A DNA stretch of 64,000 bases from Dehalococcoidia bacterium (GTDB taxonomy: Bacteria; Chloroflexota; Dehalococcoidia; UBA2979), in NCBI GenBank assembly GCA_963667465.2, contig CAXXDN010000002.1:448001-512000 (forward strand). Reading direction: 5' to 3'. The stretch's first letter is position 1, and the number at the start of each line of letters is the position of its first letter. Both the position numbers and the translations under genes were made by a program. Positions 49,367-60,200 of the stretch are shown here, one piece after another. The notes beneath the pieces are model-generated. The model worked only from the letters and a program-made list of their open reading frames with translations. It was not told the origin of the DNA and made no database searches.

Positions 49367-49505
49367 GGTGGCTCCCTCCCCGGATCGCGGATGACGATTG
49401 GATGATACGGGGGGCACGATTCGGCTAGAGTGACCGACGGGGGCCGGCGCGATCCAGTAGGCGCACCCTTCTGGAGGTGGCCCGATCTCCGCACCCCACG
49501 ATCCC

Positions 49506-52500
49506 TTGCCTCGATACTGCTCCGCCTGTGGCGCCGAACGGCCCTCGGACGCCACCGTCTGCGCTGAGTGCGGCGCGCTCGACGAGTCCATCGCTATCGG
49601 CCAGACGGCCGAGTCGGTCACGGCGCTGCTCGACGAGATCGACATCTGGCGGGCTGCGGGTCTGCTCGATGCCGTCTCGTTCGAGCGGCTAAGGGGCTAC
49701 TACGAACGCCGCCGCGCGGAGCTGCTTCCCTCGCCGGCGCCGTCCGCTGCGCCGGACGAGCCCGTTGCCGCGCCACCTGACACCGCGGAGGCGCGCGTCC
49801 TCGTGCCTCCCGATTCGCCGCCTCCCCAGCGTCCGCCCGCGCTGTCCATCGGCGAGTGGGCTGCGCGCCGGCAGGCGGACATCCTGCTCTACCTTGGCGC
49901 CTTTCTGCTGGTGAGCTCCGCGCTGATCTTCGCCTCGAGCCAGGACGATGCCCTGTCCGGCGGCTGGCGTGTGCTGTTGCTCGCCGTCTACACCGCCGCG
50001 TTCATCGCTGCCGGGGCGCTGCTCCAGCGCTGGCCGCGGGTGCGCGAGGCAGGCCCGGCGTTCCTCGCAATCGGGGCGCTGCTGACGCCGCTCAACTTCC
50101 TGTTGCTCCACAACGAGGTGCTCGGCGACCGCGATGTCTCCGGCGCGCTGGTCTGGTTCGCGGCTTCCGTCTACAGCACGGCCTTCTACGCCTTCCTGTT
50201 CGCCCGTGGCCACGGGCGGCTCTACGCCATTCCCGCAGCGATCGCGCTGCTGAACGCCTGGGGATCGCTCGCGGTCGCCGTCGGGCTGCCGCTCGAGTGG
50301 GGTGGGGCATGGTGGATGGGGTTCGCGCTCGCCGCTACGGTCGTCCTCTCCTATACACGCCGCTGGAGTGTCGCCGCGGCAGTGCCCGTCGCCGTGATCG
50401 CCGCGCTGTCGCTCGTGATCGCGATCCTGATCGTCGCCTTCGACGCCTCCACCGAGCACGGCTGGCAGCTCCCGGCTGCGTCCGCGCTGCTGATGGCGCT
50501 CGTGGCCGTTGCCGGCTGGTCCCTGCGCCAGCCGCTTGTGCTCCTCGCCGTCGTGGCGCTTGCCGCTGTGACCGGTCTTGGAGTGGTATGGGCGGCGGAG
50601 TTGCCCGAACAGTGGTACAGCGCGCCGCCGCTGGCTGCCGTCGTGCTGCTGCTGCTCAGCCGCGACCTCTGGAGCGGCTGGAGTGCGCAACTCTCGCGCG
50701 GTTCGTGGCTGCTCGTCGCGGCCGGCTTGCTGTGGCCGTTCCTGCTCACGGAGACCCAGCTCGATGGCGATAGCTGGGGGGCCGCCGCCGCCTTTCTCGC
50801 CGCAGCCCTGCTGGCGGCAGCCGTCGTGTGGCGCAACACCAGCGACGGTGTGTACGGGCCGGACTGGAACCTGCGGTCCTCGACGCACCCGGTGGAGCGC
50901 GTCGCGTTCGCGTGGCTCGGCTTCATCGCCGCGCTGGTTGCCCTCGGCTTCGCGCAGCGCGCGCTCGAGGTCGCCCGTCCGGATACGGGCTGGGCGTTCG
51001 CCGCGGTCGCCCTCGTGCTGTCGGTATCGCTCGCCGCCAGCGCGCGCCGAGCACCCAACCTGCTGTGGGCGATCCTCCCGCTGTTGCTGCTCGCGACGGC
51101 CGGTTCGATTCAGCAGCCGGTCGACCGCTTCGCGGGGCACGACGCCGTGCTGCTCGCCCTGCCCGCCGCGCACCTGCTCGCCGCCTTCGTGCTGCTGCGC
51201 CGCTGGAGCCTCGCCGCCGTCGCGGTGGCGCTGGGCATGCTCGCGCTGGCGGCGCTCTGGGAGGCGCAGGCGTGGCCGTGGTGGCGCCTCGCCGTGCTCT
51301 ACGCGGCGCTTGCCGTCCCGCTGTTTGGCGCGCTCACGCCGCTCCGCCGCTACGAGGCGCCCGAGCCAGCCGGGGCCGAGCGCTCGCTCGCCGTGCAGGC
51401 GCTGTCCTGGGTGATGCCTGCCGTCGCGGTGCTGACCGCGGCGATCGCCCTCGACGCCCGACTCGCCGGCGCGGGCATCGGGGCGCCCGGCACCGCCGAG
51501 TACCGCGCGCTCGTCCTCGTCACGCTGCTGTTCGCGCCGCTGTTTGCCTACGAGGCGTGGCGCTTGCGCCGCTGGGAGTTCGCGGTCCCCGCGCTCGCCG
51601 TCGTGCTCTGCAGCGCGGCCGCGCTCTGGCCGGTCTTCGAGTGGCCGACGTGGACACTGGCAGTGGCGTACTCGCTGGCGGGTGCGGCCACCTTCCTCGC
51701 CCTCGCTCGTTGGCGCCGCCTTGGCGACGACTCCGCCGCGCTGGCTGTCCAGGCGCTCTCCTGGGCGGGCCTCGTGCTCGGGCCGCTCACCGCGCTGCTG
51801 GCGGTCGGTGTCCGCCTCGAGACGATCGATGTGAATCCCGCGACCCTGGTCGAGTTCCGCGTGCTCACCGCGCTGTTCCTGCCCCTCGCCGCGGCCGTCG
51901 AGTTCGATGGGCGGCGGCTCGGGATCGGCTGGGCCGCGCTGCCAGCGTCGGCGCTGATCATGGTCGCGCTCGAGCTTGCGATCGCGACGCTGGAGCCCGC
52001 GAACGTCCAGGCCCACACCATTCCGGCCGCCCTCTACCTCGCCATCGTCGGACTGCTCGCACGCACCCCGGAGCGGCTTTCCCGCCAGCTCGGCTGGCAC
52101 GAGCTGCTGCAGCTCGCCGGAGCGGCGCTGCTGGTGTTGCCGCAGGCCGAGCAGGGCTTCGATCCGGGCGGCGCGCGCTGGGGGCTGGTGCTGCTGATCG
52201 AGGGCATCGCGCTGCTCGGGATTGCGATGGTGCTGGGGGCGCGCTGGCTCGGCGTCTCGGGGGTGTTCACGCTCTCGGGAGTCGCGCTGCGCTTCCTCTG
52301 GGTCAACCGCGACAGCGACGCCGTCCCCTACTGGGTCATGCTCGCCGTCGCCGGATTCGTCCTCCTCGCCATCGGCCTCATGGTCCTCCTGCAGCGCGAC
52401 TGGTGGGACCGCACCCGGCTCCGCCTCCAGACCTGGTGGCGCCGGGACGCGGTCCTCGATGCGCGCTCGCCGCTCGCCGTCCCCGCGCCGGTGCTGTTCG

Positions 52501-52550
52501 CGGCGCTCGCTCCCGTCCTCGCGATTCTCGCCGTCGGGAACCCCGACTGA
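49506..52550 (+). CDS. Large multi-pass membrane protein with N-terminal zinc ribbon (DUF2157-like)
   Basis: 'CSACG…CAECG', 'ILLYLGAFLLV', more than 25 hydrophobic segments. Confidence 0.75.
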   Translation: MPRYCSACGAERPSDATVCAECGALDESIAIGQTAESVTALLDEIDIWRAAGLLDAVSFERLRGYYERRRAELLPSPAPSAAPDEPVAAPPDTAEARVLVPPDSPPPQRPPALSIGEWAARRQADILLYLGAFLLVSSALIFASSQDDALSGGWRVLLLAVYTAAFIAAGALLQRWPRVREAGPAFLAIGALLTPLNFLLLHNEVLGDRDVSGALVWFAASVYSTAFYAFLFARGHGRLYAIPAAIALLNAWGSLAVAVGLPLEWGGAWWMGFALAATVVLSYTRRWSVAAAVPVAVIAALSLVIAILIVAFDASTEHGWQLPAASALLMALVAVAGWSLRQPLVLLAVVALAAVTGLGVVWAAELPEQWYSAPPLAAVVLLLLSRDLWSGWSAQLSRGSWLLVAAGLLWPFLLTETQLDGDSWGAAAAFLAAALLAAAVVWRNTSDGVYGPDWNLRSSTHPVERVAFAWLGFIAALVALGFAQRALEVARPDTGWAFAAVALVLSVSLAASARRAPNLLWAILPLLLLATAGSIQQPVDRFAGHDAVLLALPAAHLLAAFVLLRRWSLAAVAVALGMLALAALWEAQAWPWWRLAVLYAALAVPLFGALTPLRRYEAPEPAGAERSLAVQALSWVMPAVAVLTAAIALDARLAGAGIGAPGTAEYRALVLVTLLFAPLFAYEAWRLRRWEFAVPALAVVLCSAAALWPVFEWPTWTLAVAYSLAGAATFLALARWRRLGDDSAALAVQALSWAGLVLGPLTALLAVGVRLETIDVNPATLVEFRVLTALFLPLAAAVEFDGRRLGIGWAALPASALIMVALELAIATLEPANVQAHTIPAALYLAIVGLLARTPERLSRQLGWHELLQLAGAALLVLPQAEQGFDPGGARWGLVLLIEGIALLGIAMVLGARWLGVSGVFTLSGVALRFLWVNRDSDAVPYWVMLAVAGFVLLAIGLMVLLQRDWWDRTRLRLQTWWRRDAVLDARSPLAVPAPVLFAALAPVLAILAVGNPD

Positions 52551-52622
52551 GCGGGCGTCAGGATCGGTCGATCCCGCCGGCGCGAGGGCGTCCAGAACCG
52601 CCGTCTCGGATACACTGGACCC

Positions 52623-52835
52623 GTGATTGACGAGACGCCGCAGGTCGCCTACCGCAACGCCTGGGAGGGCTGGCGCGAGCAGCTCGATCAGGTCCACGCC
52701 GTGCTGCTCGAGGGCGAGCGGGTGCACCCCTCGAAGCTCAAGGGGTTGCTCAACCGCGAGGCCAACGCCAAGGACCGCTACGACGCGGCGCGCCGCCGCC
52801 TGCTCGGCATCCCGGACCCCGGAGAAGAGGAATAG
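52623..52835 (+). CDS. Small hypothetical protein
   Basis: 70-aa helical ORF 'LKGLLNRE..AK.RYD.AR..LLG'; TACACT lies 6 nt before the GTG. Confidence 0.7.
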   Translation: MIDETPQVAYRNAWEGWREQLDQVHAVLLEGERVHPSKLKGLLNREANAKDRYDAARRRLLGIPDPGEEE

Positions 52836-52839
52836 CGCC

Positions 52840-53625
52840 ATGACGGCAGCGGCCGGTTCGGCTCCGTCCTCCTGGTACCGCAGCGGCTACCCGCGCTCAT
52901 TCGCGATCGGCGCCGCGTTCTCGGTCGCGTGGTCGCCCTGCATCGGCCCGATCCTCGGGGTGGTGCTGACGCTCGCGGCGACGTCCGGGACGGCGGTGCA
53001 GGGTGCGCTGCTGCTGATCTTCTACTCGCTCGGCCTCGGGGTCTGGTTCCTCGCCTTCGGGGCGGCGTTCGGCTGGTTCGCGCCGAAGGTGCGCAAGCTG
53101 CAGCCCTACATGCCGAGCCTGATGGCGGTGAGTGGCGCGCTCTTCATCATCGTCGGCGCGCTGATGCTGCTCGGCGAGTTCGGGCGGCTCAACACCTACT
53201 TCCAGTCGTTCGGCTTCCTCTTCGATCAAACCTCGTCCGCCGAGGAGAACCTGTCGCAGGGCACGGACGGGATCGCCGGTCCGGCGATTGCCTTCGTCGG
53301 GGGCATCGTCTCCTTCCTCTCGCCCTGCGTGCTGCCGCTGGTGCCGGTCTACCTCGCGAACCTCGCGGGCGAGGTGTTCCAGCTGTCCGGCAGCTCGGTC
53401 TCCGCGCGCCGCCAGCTGTTCATCCACTCGATCGTCTTCGTCGTTGGCTTCACGCTGGTCTTCGCCTTCGTCGGCGCGTCGGCGGGGTTCGTCGGCGGTC
53501 AGGTGCAGGAGCACCTGGACACCGCGACCCGCGTCGGAGGCGTCCTGCTGGTTGTGTTCGGACTGCAGATGAGCGGGTTGATCAACATCCCGTACCTGGA
53601 CCGCACCTACCAGCTCCCGGGGTAG
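52840..53625 (+). CDS. ccdA: Cytochrome c biogenesis CcdA-family thiol-disulfide transporter, halves in swapped order
   Basis: 'WSPCIGPILG…YSLGLG' precedes 'SFLSPCVLPLVPVYL…FVVGFTLVF'. Confidence 0.85.
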   Translation: MTAAAGSAPSSWYRSGYPRSFAIGAAFSVAWSPCIGPILGVVLTLAATSGTAVQGALLLIFYSLGLGVWFLAFGAAFGWFAPKVRKLQPYMPSLMAVSGALFIIVGALMLLGEFGRLNTYFQSFGFLFDQTSSAEENLSQGTDGIAGPAIAFVGGIVSFLSPCVLPLVPVYLANLAGEVFQLSGSSVSARRQLFIHSIVFVVGFTLVFAFVGASAGFVGGQVQEHLDTATRVGGVLLVVFGLQMSGLINIPYLDRTYQLPG

Positions 53626-53718
53626 CACCCGGCGCAACCGAGGCATAACGACGCCAAACCGGCGTTCTCGCGCCGTACCCGTTGTGAATGTCGCATGACG
53701 TTTGCTACGCTTCCTGCG

Positions 53719-54168
53719 ATGCCAGGCGAGTTCAGCGGACTCGACATTGAAGAGATGGGCCGCGTCATCGACGAGGCCGGGGTCCTGATCATCCGCTTCC
53801 ACGTCATCCCGCAGCGCCTGCTCGTGGACACCCGCGAGTCGGCCGAGGACAGCCCGCAACTGCGTCTCGTGCCGCCGGTCTCCTCGGCAGAGGAGCGCTA
53901 CCGCTACCTCCAGAAGCTGCGCCCGGGCGTTCCGCTGCCCGACCAGATCACCGTCCTCAGCTGGCCTCGCTACATCGAGGTGATGCGCGAGGCCGGACTC
54001 TGGCAGCGGCTTGAGCAGCGCATGTTCGAGCTGGGCGGCGCCGCGCTCGCCCGGCGTTGCGGCGAGGTCTTCGACGAGGTCCGTTCGGCCGAGCGCGCCG
54101 AGGTCGTCTCCGCGATCATCGGCGGCGAGGGCTACGAGTCGCTCTGGGAGCGTGCTCCCACCACGTAG
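53719..54168 (+). CDS. Conserved hypothetical protein
   Basis: Good coding bias; 'QRLLVDTR…VPPVSSAEERY..LQKLRP…GEGYESLWER'; TACGCT lies 7 nt before ATG 53719. Confidence 0.7.
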   Translation: MPGEFSGLDIEEMGRVIDEAGVLIIRFHVIPQRLLVDTRESAEDSPQLRLVPPVSSAEERYRYLQKLRPGVPLPDQITVLSWPRYIEVMREAGLWQRLEQRMFELGGAALARRCGEVFDEVRSAERAEVVSAIIGGEGYESLWERAPTT

Positions 54169-54255
54169 TCCGCTGTCCCGGCACGGCGATCTCAACCGTC
54201 CCCTCTGCTAGCCTCCACGGCGGCCCGTTGTGGCCTCGGCGTTGGGAGTAGCTGC

Positions 54256-55008
54256 GTGCGGATGCCCTTGATCGCGGCGCTGCTGGTCGTGCTCGGTAGC
54301 GCCTGCGCAACCGGCGGCGCGGGTGGCGGAGACACCGAGGACATCGTCCGCGCCGTCCCCTTCGGCGACGGCGAGCGCCTTGTCTACGAGCTGGTCGACG
54401 CCGACGGCGCGGTCGTCGGGCGCGGCATCTTCACGACCACGGCACAGGACGACGCCTTCGGGCTCGTGCAGACCTATGAGGAGAACGAGACACCCTCCGG
54501 CGAGCGGCCGATTGTTGACGTCGCGACGGTCGTCGTGGACGCGGCGACGCTCAAGCCGCGCCTCGCCGAGCGTACGATCCAGCGGCGCGAGCCCTCCGAC
54601 GACGAGTGGTACCTGGCGAAGTACGCAGCCGGCGACGGCGAGCCGCAACTCGTCATCACGCAGCACAGTGGCGGGAGCGAGCGCACGCGCGAGCTCACGC
54701 TGCGCGAGCACCACTACGACAGCCAGTCGTCGCTCTGGGTCTGGCGTACGATCGCCCTCGCCGAGGGCTTCGAGGCGAACTACGTCTCGGTCAACCCGCG
54801 CGACGCCTCGCAGGTCACGGCGCGGCTCGTGCTGGTCGACCGCCAGACCATCGAGGTGCCCGCCGGTACGTTCGAGACGTGGCGGCTGCAGGTGCGCAAC
54901 GGCCGCGATACGCGCATCGCCTGGATCCACGCCGAGCCCCCGCACGAGATCGTGCAGTGGGACAACGGCACGCTGTTCCTGCGTCTTGTCGAGACGGACG
55001 GGCCCTGA
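54256..55008 (+). CDS. Lipoprotein, DUF3108-like
   Basis: Lipobox 'LGSAC'; 'GERLVY', 'IEVPAGTFETW'. Confidence 0.75.
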   Translation: MRMPLIAALLVVLGSACATGGAGGGDTEDIVRAVPFGDGERLVYELVDADGAVVGRGIFTTTAQDDAFGLVQTYEENETPSGERPIVDVATVVVDAATLKPRLAERTIQRREPSDDEWYLAKYAAGDGEPQLVITQHSGGSERTRELTLREHHYDSQSSLWVWRTIALAEGFEANYVSVNPRDASQVTARLVLVDRQTIEVPAGTFETWRLQVRNGRDTRIAWIHAEPPHEIVQWDNGTLFLRLVETDGP

Positions 55009-55020
55009 TCGGGTGCCCCG

Positions 55021-55602
55021 CTACGAGTGGAGCAGCGGGGCGATCGCGTCGCGCAGGCTCTCGCCGAGTTCGCCCCACGAGGCGCGCGCTGCGCTGAGCG
55101 CCTGAGCGAACGGCTCCGGTTGGCTCGCGGGTACGAGGACGACACCGGCAGCGCGGAAGCGCTCGCGCTCCTCGGTGGTTGGGCCGGCCGCTGCCTGACC
55201 CGGGAGCGCGTCGATCGCCGTGAGCAGATCGCGCACCTGCCACTCGAAGGTGGGTGGCTCCGCGGGGAGCCCGAACGCCCAGAGGGCCGCGAGGCCCTCG
55301 ACATTTGCCGGCGGCCCGGCCTCCACGCTCGCCGCCGCGCTCCACATCCCCGTCGAGTGCCTCGCGACGCCCTCGAGCACGAAGCGCAGGTGCGGCGCCG
55401 AGGAAGCGAACGCCTCGAGGTCGTCCGTGGAGCCCAGCCAGGTCGCGGTGATCAACTCGCGCTCAGAGCAGGCGGCGAGCGTCGCCTGAGCGCCCTCGGC
55501 GGAGGCGAGTGCGCGGGCGAGCGTGGCGAGTTCGGTGCGTTCCGCCTCGTCCAGGTCGTCCCGCAGGCCCGCGACCACCAGGTGCAGCAGCGCAGGGGCC
55601 AT
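55021..55602 (-). CDS. Hypothetical protein (Dabb/dimeric alpha-beta barrel-like)
   Basis: 'LLHLVV…DDLEAFASSAPH'; last gene of the ABC operon. Confidence 0.55.
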   Translation of the reverse strand: MAPALLHLVVAGLRDDLDEAERTELATLARALASAEGAQATLAACSERELITATWLGSTDDLEAFASSAPHLRFVLEGVARHSTGMWSAAASVEAGPPANVEGLAALWAFGLPAEPPTFEWQVRDLLTAIDALPGQAAAGPTTEERERFRAAGVVLVPASQPEPFAQALSAARASWGELGESLRDAIAPLLHS

Positions 55603-55608
55603 CGCGAG

Positions 55609-56361
55609 CTACCCCGCGGCCTGTCCGCCGGGCGGGGGCCCGGCCATCGGCAGCGCGCCGGGCGCCTCGGCGAACGGGGTGGCCGGACGCAGCCGGCCGT
55701 CCTCGATGGCGAGGCGGCGTGTCGCGAGGCCGCCTGCTGCCTCCCGGTCCGTGGTGAGCAGCGCCGCCCCGCCGCGCGCCGTGAGCAGCGCGAGCTGCCG
55801 CTCCAGCATCGCCAGCGCCTCGGCGTCCAGCGCGGCGGCGGGCTCGTCGGCGAGGAGCAGGCGCGGTTCGACTGCCATGGCGCGGGCCAGCGCGGCAAGC
55901 GCGCGTTCGCGCGGCGTCAGCTCGTGCGGACGGCGCGCGGCGAGGTGTGCGAGGCCATTCGCGGCAAGCTGCTCGCCTCGCCGGGTGGCGCGCTCGCTCC
56001 TCCCGAGGCCCGCGATACGCATCGCGAGGTCGATCTGCTCGGCGACGGAGAGTGTCGGATGCAGCCCGCCGCCCTCAGGCAGCAGGGCGATTGAGCCACC
56101 GCGTAACGCGCGCCGCCTCGACGCCGGGACTGCCGCCAGATCCTCACCGTCGAAGTGCACCGTGCCCTCGTCGGGCTCCAGCAGCCCGGCTGCGACCCGG
56201 AGCAGCGAGGTCTTCCCCGCTCCCGGCGGACCCTCGATGCTGACGATCTCGCCCGCCCGCGCCGCCACGCCGGCCCCGCGTAGCGCCTGCCGCGCGTAGT
56301 CGCGCGTGCGATACGCGAGCGAGACGCCCTCGATGGCGATCAGTGGCTCGTCGGATGTCAC
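55609..56361 (-). CDS. ABC ATP-binding protein, degenerate
   Basis: Walker A GPPGAGKT and 'LLLADEP' present; signature 'LTPRE' and H-loop 'TTDR' are non-canonical. Confidence 0.8.
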   Translation of the reverse strand: MTSDEPLIAIEGVSLAYRTRDYARQALRGAGVAARAGEIVSIEGPPGAGKTSLLRVAAGLLEPDEGTVHFDGEDLAAVPASRRRALRGGSIALLPEGGGLHPTLSVAEQIDLAMRIAGLGRSERATRRGEQLAANGLAHLAARRPHELTPRERALAALARAMAVEPRLLLADEPAAALDAEALAMLERQLALLTARGGAALLTTDREAAGGLATRRLAIEDGRLRPATPFAEAPGALPMAGPPPGGQAAG

Positions 56362-57272
56362 CGGCGTCTCCAGGGCGGTCGCGGGTCCGGAGGCGGGCGG
56401 TCGGGCCAGACGCCGACGTGGTCGCCCTCGTTCGTGACGCGCGCGCGCCGCCCGATGCCAAGCGCCGCGCGCTGGTCGGGTGCGATCTCGACGCGTCCGT
56501 CGCGGTCGAGGACGGCGAGTTCGTCGGTGCGTTCACCCTCGCCACGGGAGAAGGCCGAGCGGCGCACCAGCTCCGAGACGATCCGGCCCTCGCGCATCCT
56601 CACCTCACCGCCGATTCGGCGGGCGAGCGAGGCGTCGCGGGTCGCGACCAGCACCGTGAGCCCGAGGTTGCGGTGCAGCCGCCGCAACACATCGACCAGC
56701 TCCTCGCGCTCGTCCAGGTCCAGTGCGACCGCTGGTTCGTCCAGCAGGAGCAGGCCCGGCTCGTGCGCCAGCGCCACGGCGATGGCCGTTCGGATCGAGG
56801 CGAGCGGCGGCAGCCGCTCCGCGCGCACGGCAGCCATCTCCTCGAGGCCGGTGAGCGCGAGCAGGTCCGCGGCGCGCCGCCGGGCGCGCCCGACCGGGAC
56901 GCCGGTGAGGCGGAGCGGCAACTCGACGTTCGAGGCGACGCTGCCTCGCAGCGCCGGACCCCCGCTGCTCGCGAGTCCCACGGACCCGCGCCGCAGCTCG
57001 CGCAGCTCCGCCTCGCTCGCGAGGGAGAGTTCGAGGCCATCTACACGGACGAGCCCGAAGTGCGGGCGGACGAGCCCCGCGATCACGCGCAGCAGCGAAG
57101 TCTTGCCCGATCCGGCGGGGCCGAGCAGCGGGCGCAACGCGCCGCGTTCGAGCGTGAAGGAGAGCTCCCGCAGTGCGTACCCGCGCCCGTTCGCGGCCTC
57201 CAATGTGAGTCCGCTGCATTCGACGTGGCTCGCGAGGCCCATGTCGGCGGTCGGCTGCTGCGCTGCGGCCAT
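56358..57272 (-). CDS. ABC ATP-binding protein, degenerate, with C-terminal AbrB-like domain
   Basis: GPAGSGKT and 'LLLLDEP' present; signature 'LPPLA', H-loop 'ATRD'; tail 'ELAVLDRDGRVEI…RARV'. Confidence 0.8.
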   Translation of the reverse strand: MAAAQQPTADMGLASHVECSGLTLEAANGRGYALRELSFTLERGALRPLLGPAGSGKTSLLRVIAGLVRPHFGLVRVDGLELSLASEAELRELRRGSVGLASSGGPALRGSVASNVELPLRLTGVPVGRARRRAADLLALTGLEEMAAVRAERLPPLASIRTAIAVALAHEPGLLLLDEPAVALDLDEREELVDVLRRLHRNLGLTVLVATRDASLARRIGGEVRMREGRIVSELVRRSAFSRGEGERTDELAVLDRDGRVEIAPDQRAALGIGRRARVTNEGDHVGVWPDRPPPDPRPPWRRR

Positions 57273-57273
57273 C

Positions 57274-60200
57274 TCAGGCCTCCCCGACGGGCACGATGCG
57301 GGCCGGCGACGGTCGCACGGCTCGCCCTCGATACCGTAGCGCCGCCGCGGCCACGGTCACAACGACGCCTGCCGCGAGCGCGACCGCGGCAATCCAGAGC
57401 GGCGCGCCCTCCAGTTGCATGCGCAGCGGCGGCTCGATCATGGTCCCGCTCGCGTCGCGCGCGAGGATCGCGAGCAGCCAGTCCGCCAGCACGACGCCGG
57501 TCGCCACGCCGACAGCGGCGGCGCCGCCGAGCCGGAACAGCGTCTCGGTGGTGACTCCACCCAGCCAGCCGGCCGGCCTGCCGCCCAGCGCATCGATCGC
57601 CGCGCGTTCGGACTCGCGCTCCGCGCGGCGCAGCGCGATATCCAGCAGCATGCCGGCGAGGGCCGCGACGACGAGCGCTCCAAAGGCGAACGTGAGCACC
57701 GTGCGCCAACCGAGCGCCGCGGCCTGTTCCCGGCCCAGGGCGGCGCGCAGCGATTCGCGGTCGATGACCGTCCCCGCCTCGAGTGGCGCGCCCCGGAGGA
57801 CGGTGGTGGCGCGTGCGGGCGGCGCGCTCGCGAACCACGCCTCGTTCGTCGCCAGTGGATCGCTGCGCGGAGAGGCGTTGACCGCGGCGAGAAGCCGGTC
57901 CAGCCCGGCGACGACGAAGGCCGAGCCGGCCGGGAACGTCGGGAAGCCGTCCAGCGCGCTCGCCAGTTGGGCGTGCAGGACTTCCCCGCCAACCGCGAGC
58001 GTGAGCTCCTCGCCTGGCTCGATCGCGAGCTCCTTGACCGTGGCTCTTGAGGCGTAGACCAGCACGGGCGCGCCGTCCGTCTTCTGCCGCAGTCCGCGCA
58101 GCGCGGACGCGCCGGGCTCCGCCGACGCGTCCCAGTCGAGGTGCTGCGCCCCGCGGATGCCCGGCGGGGAAGCGAGCGTGTTGCGCGCGATCACCTGTGC
58201 GTCCCCGGCGGCGCTCCCGCTGATCGCCTCGAGGTCTTCGAGGCTGCGCATGTCGTGGACGGTCGAGCGCTCCCCGAACGCCTCACCGGCGCCGGCGAGG
58301 CGGTTGATGCGATCGCGCGGCGCGGCCGGTGCGTCCGGCGTGGCGAGCACCGGGCCGAGCAGCGCGCTGCCGGGCGTTGCGGAGGCCTCCTCGCCGAGCA
58401 GCAGGTAGTAGCCGTGCAGCGTGAGCGGCCCGGCCGTGTGCTGCGCGGGAATCGCCACGCCGTCGGGTCCGAGCGGCGTCGTGAGATCGGCCGCGTGGAA
58501 CGCCCAGCGCCCGCTGCCCGGCTCGGCGAGGGCGACGCCCAGCAGCAGCTGCAGGTAGCGCCCGCCCTCGTTGCGCAGGGAGAGCACGATGCGCACCTCG
58601 CCGCTCGTGTCGGTGAGCCTCACCCAGGCGCCGAGCTGGCGGGTGTTCGGCGGCACGGGTCGCCCCTCGAGGGCGGCTGCGTTCGCGCTGAGGGCGGAGA
58701 GAATCGCCGGCAGCGGGTCCGTTGTCAGGTCGGGCCGCACGTTCGCCACGGCGCCGAAGGTCGCCGGGTCGATGCCGAGCACCGCGACGGGCATGCTCGC
58801 GCCCTCGCGGCCGAGCGCGCCGCTCGTCCGCACAAGCGGCGATCCTGCAGCCATGCCCGCGCCGGCGATCGCCGCCCGGCGCTCCGCCTCACCCGCGTCC
58901 GCGAGGCCCGTCAGGCCGCTCGCCCGTACGTCACCTCCGGCGGAGTGCGCCGCGCGATCGACGGACGAGCGCTCGAGCGTGCCCGGCAGCGCCGCGAGCA
59001 ACAGCGCGACGGCAGCGGCAAGCACCACGAGCGGGAAGGCGACCCCCACGGACCCCCGCGCGACGCCTCGCAGGCCGCCGATCAGCGCGATCCCTCGCGT
59101 CAACGACGCCGGCCGGGCAAGCAGCCGGGCGATCAGCGGGACGAGCCGCCACGCCAGCAGTGCCGCGGGCGCCAGCAGTGCGGCGGGCGCGACCAGCAGC
59201 GCGTAGCGCGTCTCCCCGCCCTCGAACAGCGTCTCCTGGCGCGTGAGCGCCCAGAACAGCGCGCCGCCACCGACGGCCGCCGTCGTCAGCCAGACTCCCC
59301 GACCGGCCGCCGTGCGGTCGGCGAGGGCGGATGCCGTGAGCGCGAGGACGAGCACCGCCAGTGCGCCCGCGCCCGCCCACGGCAGGTCGCGCTGGATCGA
59401 GATCGTGAATGCGTCGCCGAGCGACTCGAACCCCTCGAGGCGGCCGAGGGTGGCGATGGCGAGCGCCGCCACGGGCGCACCAGCCACGAGGGCCAGCAGC
59501 GCCGCGGGCAGGGCGGCGAGCACTTCGAGCGCGGCGATCTGGTTGCGCGATGAGCCGGTCAGCCGCAGCCCGTCGCGCACTCGTCCGCGCCGCTGCGCCA
59601 GCAGCGAGGCCGCGCCGAAGACGAGCACCCCCAGCGCCGCCGCAATCTGCCCGAAGCGCAGCGCGAGCCCCGGCAGGTCGAAGCCCGGCAGGTCCGCCGC
59701 GTTCTCGATCGCTTGCGGAAGGCTGCTCTCGAGCTCGGCGCCGCCGAGGGCGGCGAGCTGCCTCGGCAGTTCGCGCACGCGGGCGGCGATCTCCGTCACG
59801 TCGCCGGCCTGGATGCCGGCCGGGTCCACCGCGTAGGTCGACTCAAACGCCGCGCTTGCGCCGCTGAGCAGGTCGGGCAGCGCGCCGAAGAAGGTCGTCT
59901 CCGGTACGAACAGGGCGAACGCGCCGCTCGTCGTGCGATCGAGCAGGCCGGGCCGCCCGCTCCAGTACGCGCTCGCGGGGTCGCGGGGCTCGGCGATGCC
60001 GGCGATCACGATCGGGAACCTGGCCGCGATGGACGAGCGCGGTATGAGCACCAGCTCCTGCCCCGGCGTCAGGCCTGCCTCGCGCGCGCTGCCCGGAGCG
60101 ACCAGCACCGGGACGGGATCGCCGACGCCGCGCGGGAGCGCCTCGGGGAAGCGCCCCTCCAGGAGCGTGACGTGCGCCTCGAGGTCGGAGCGGAAGCGCA

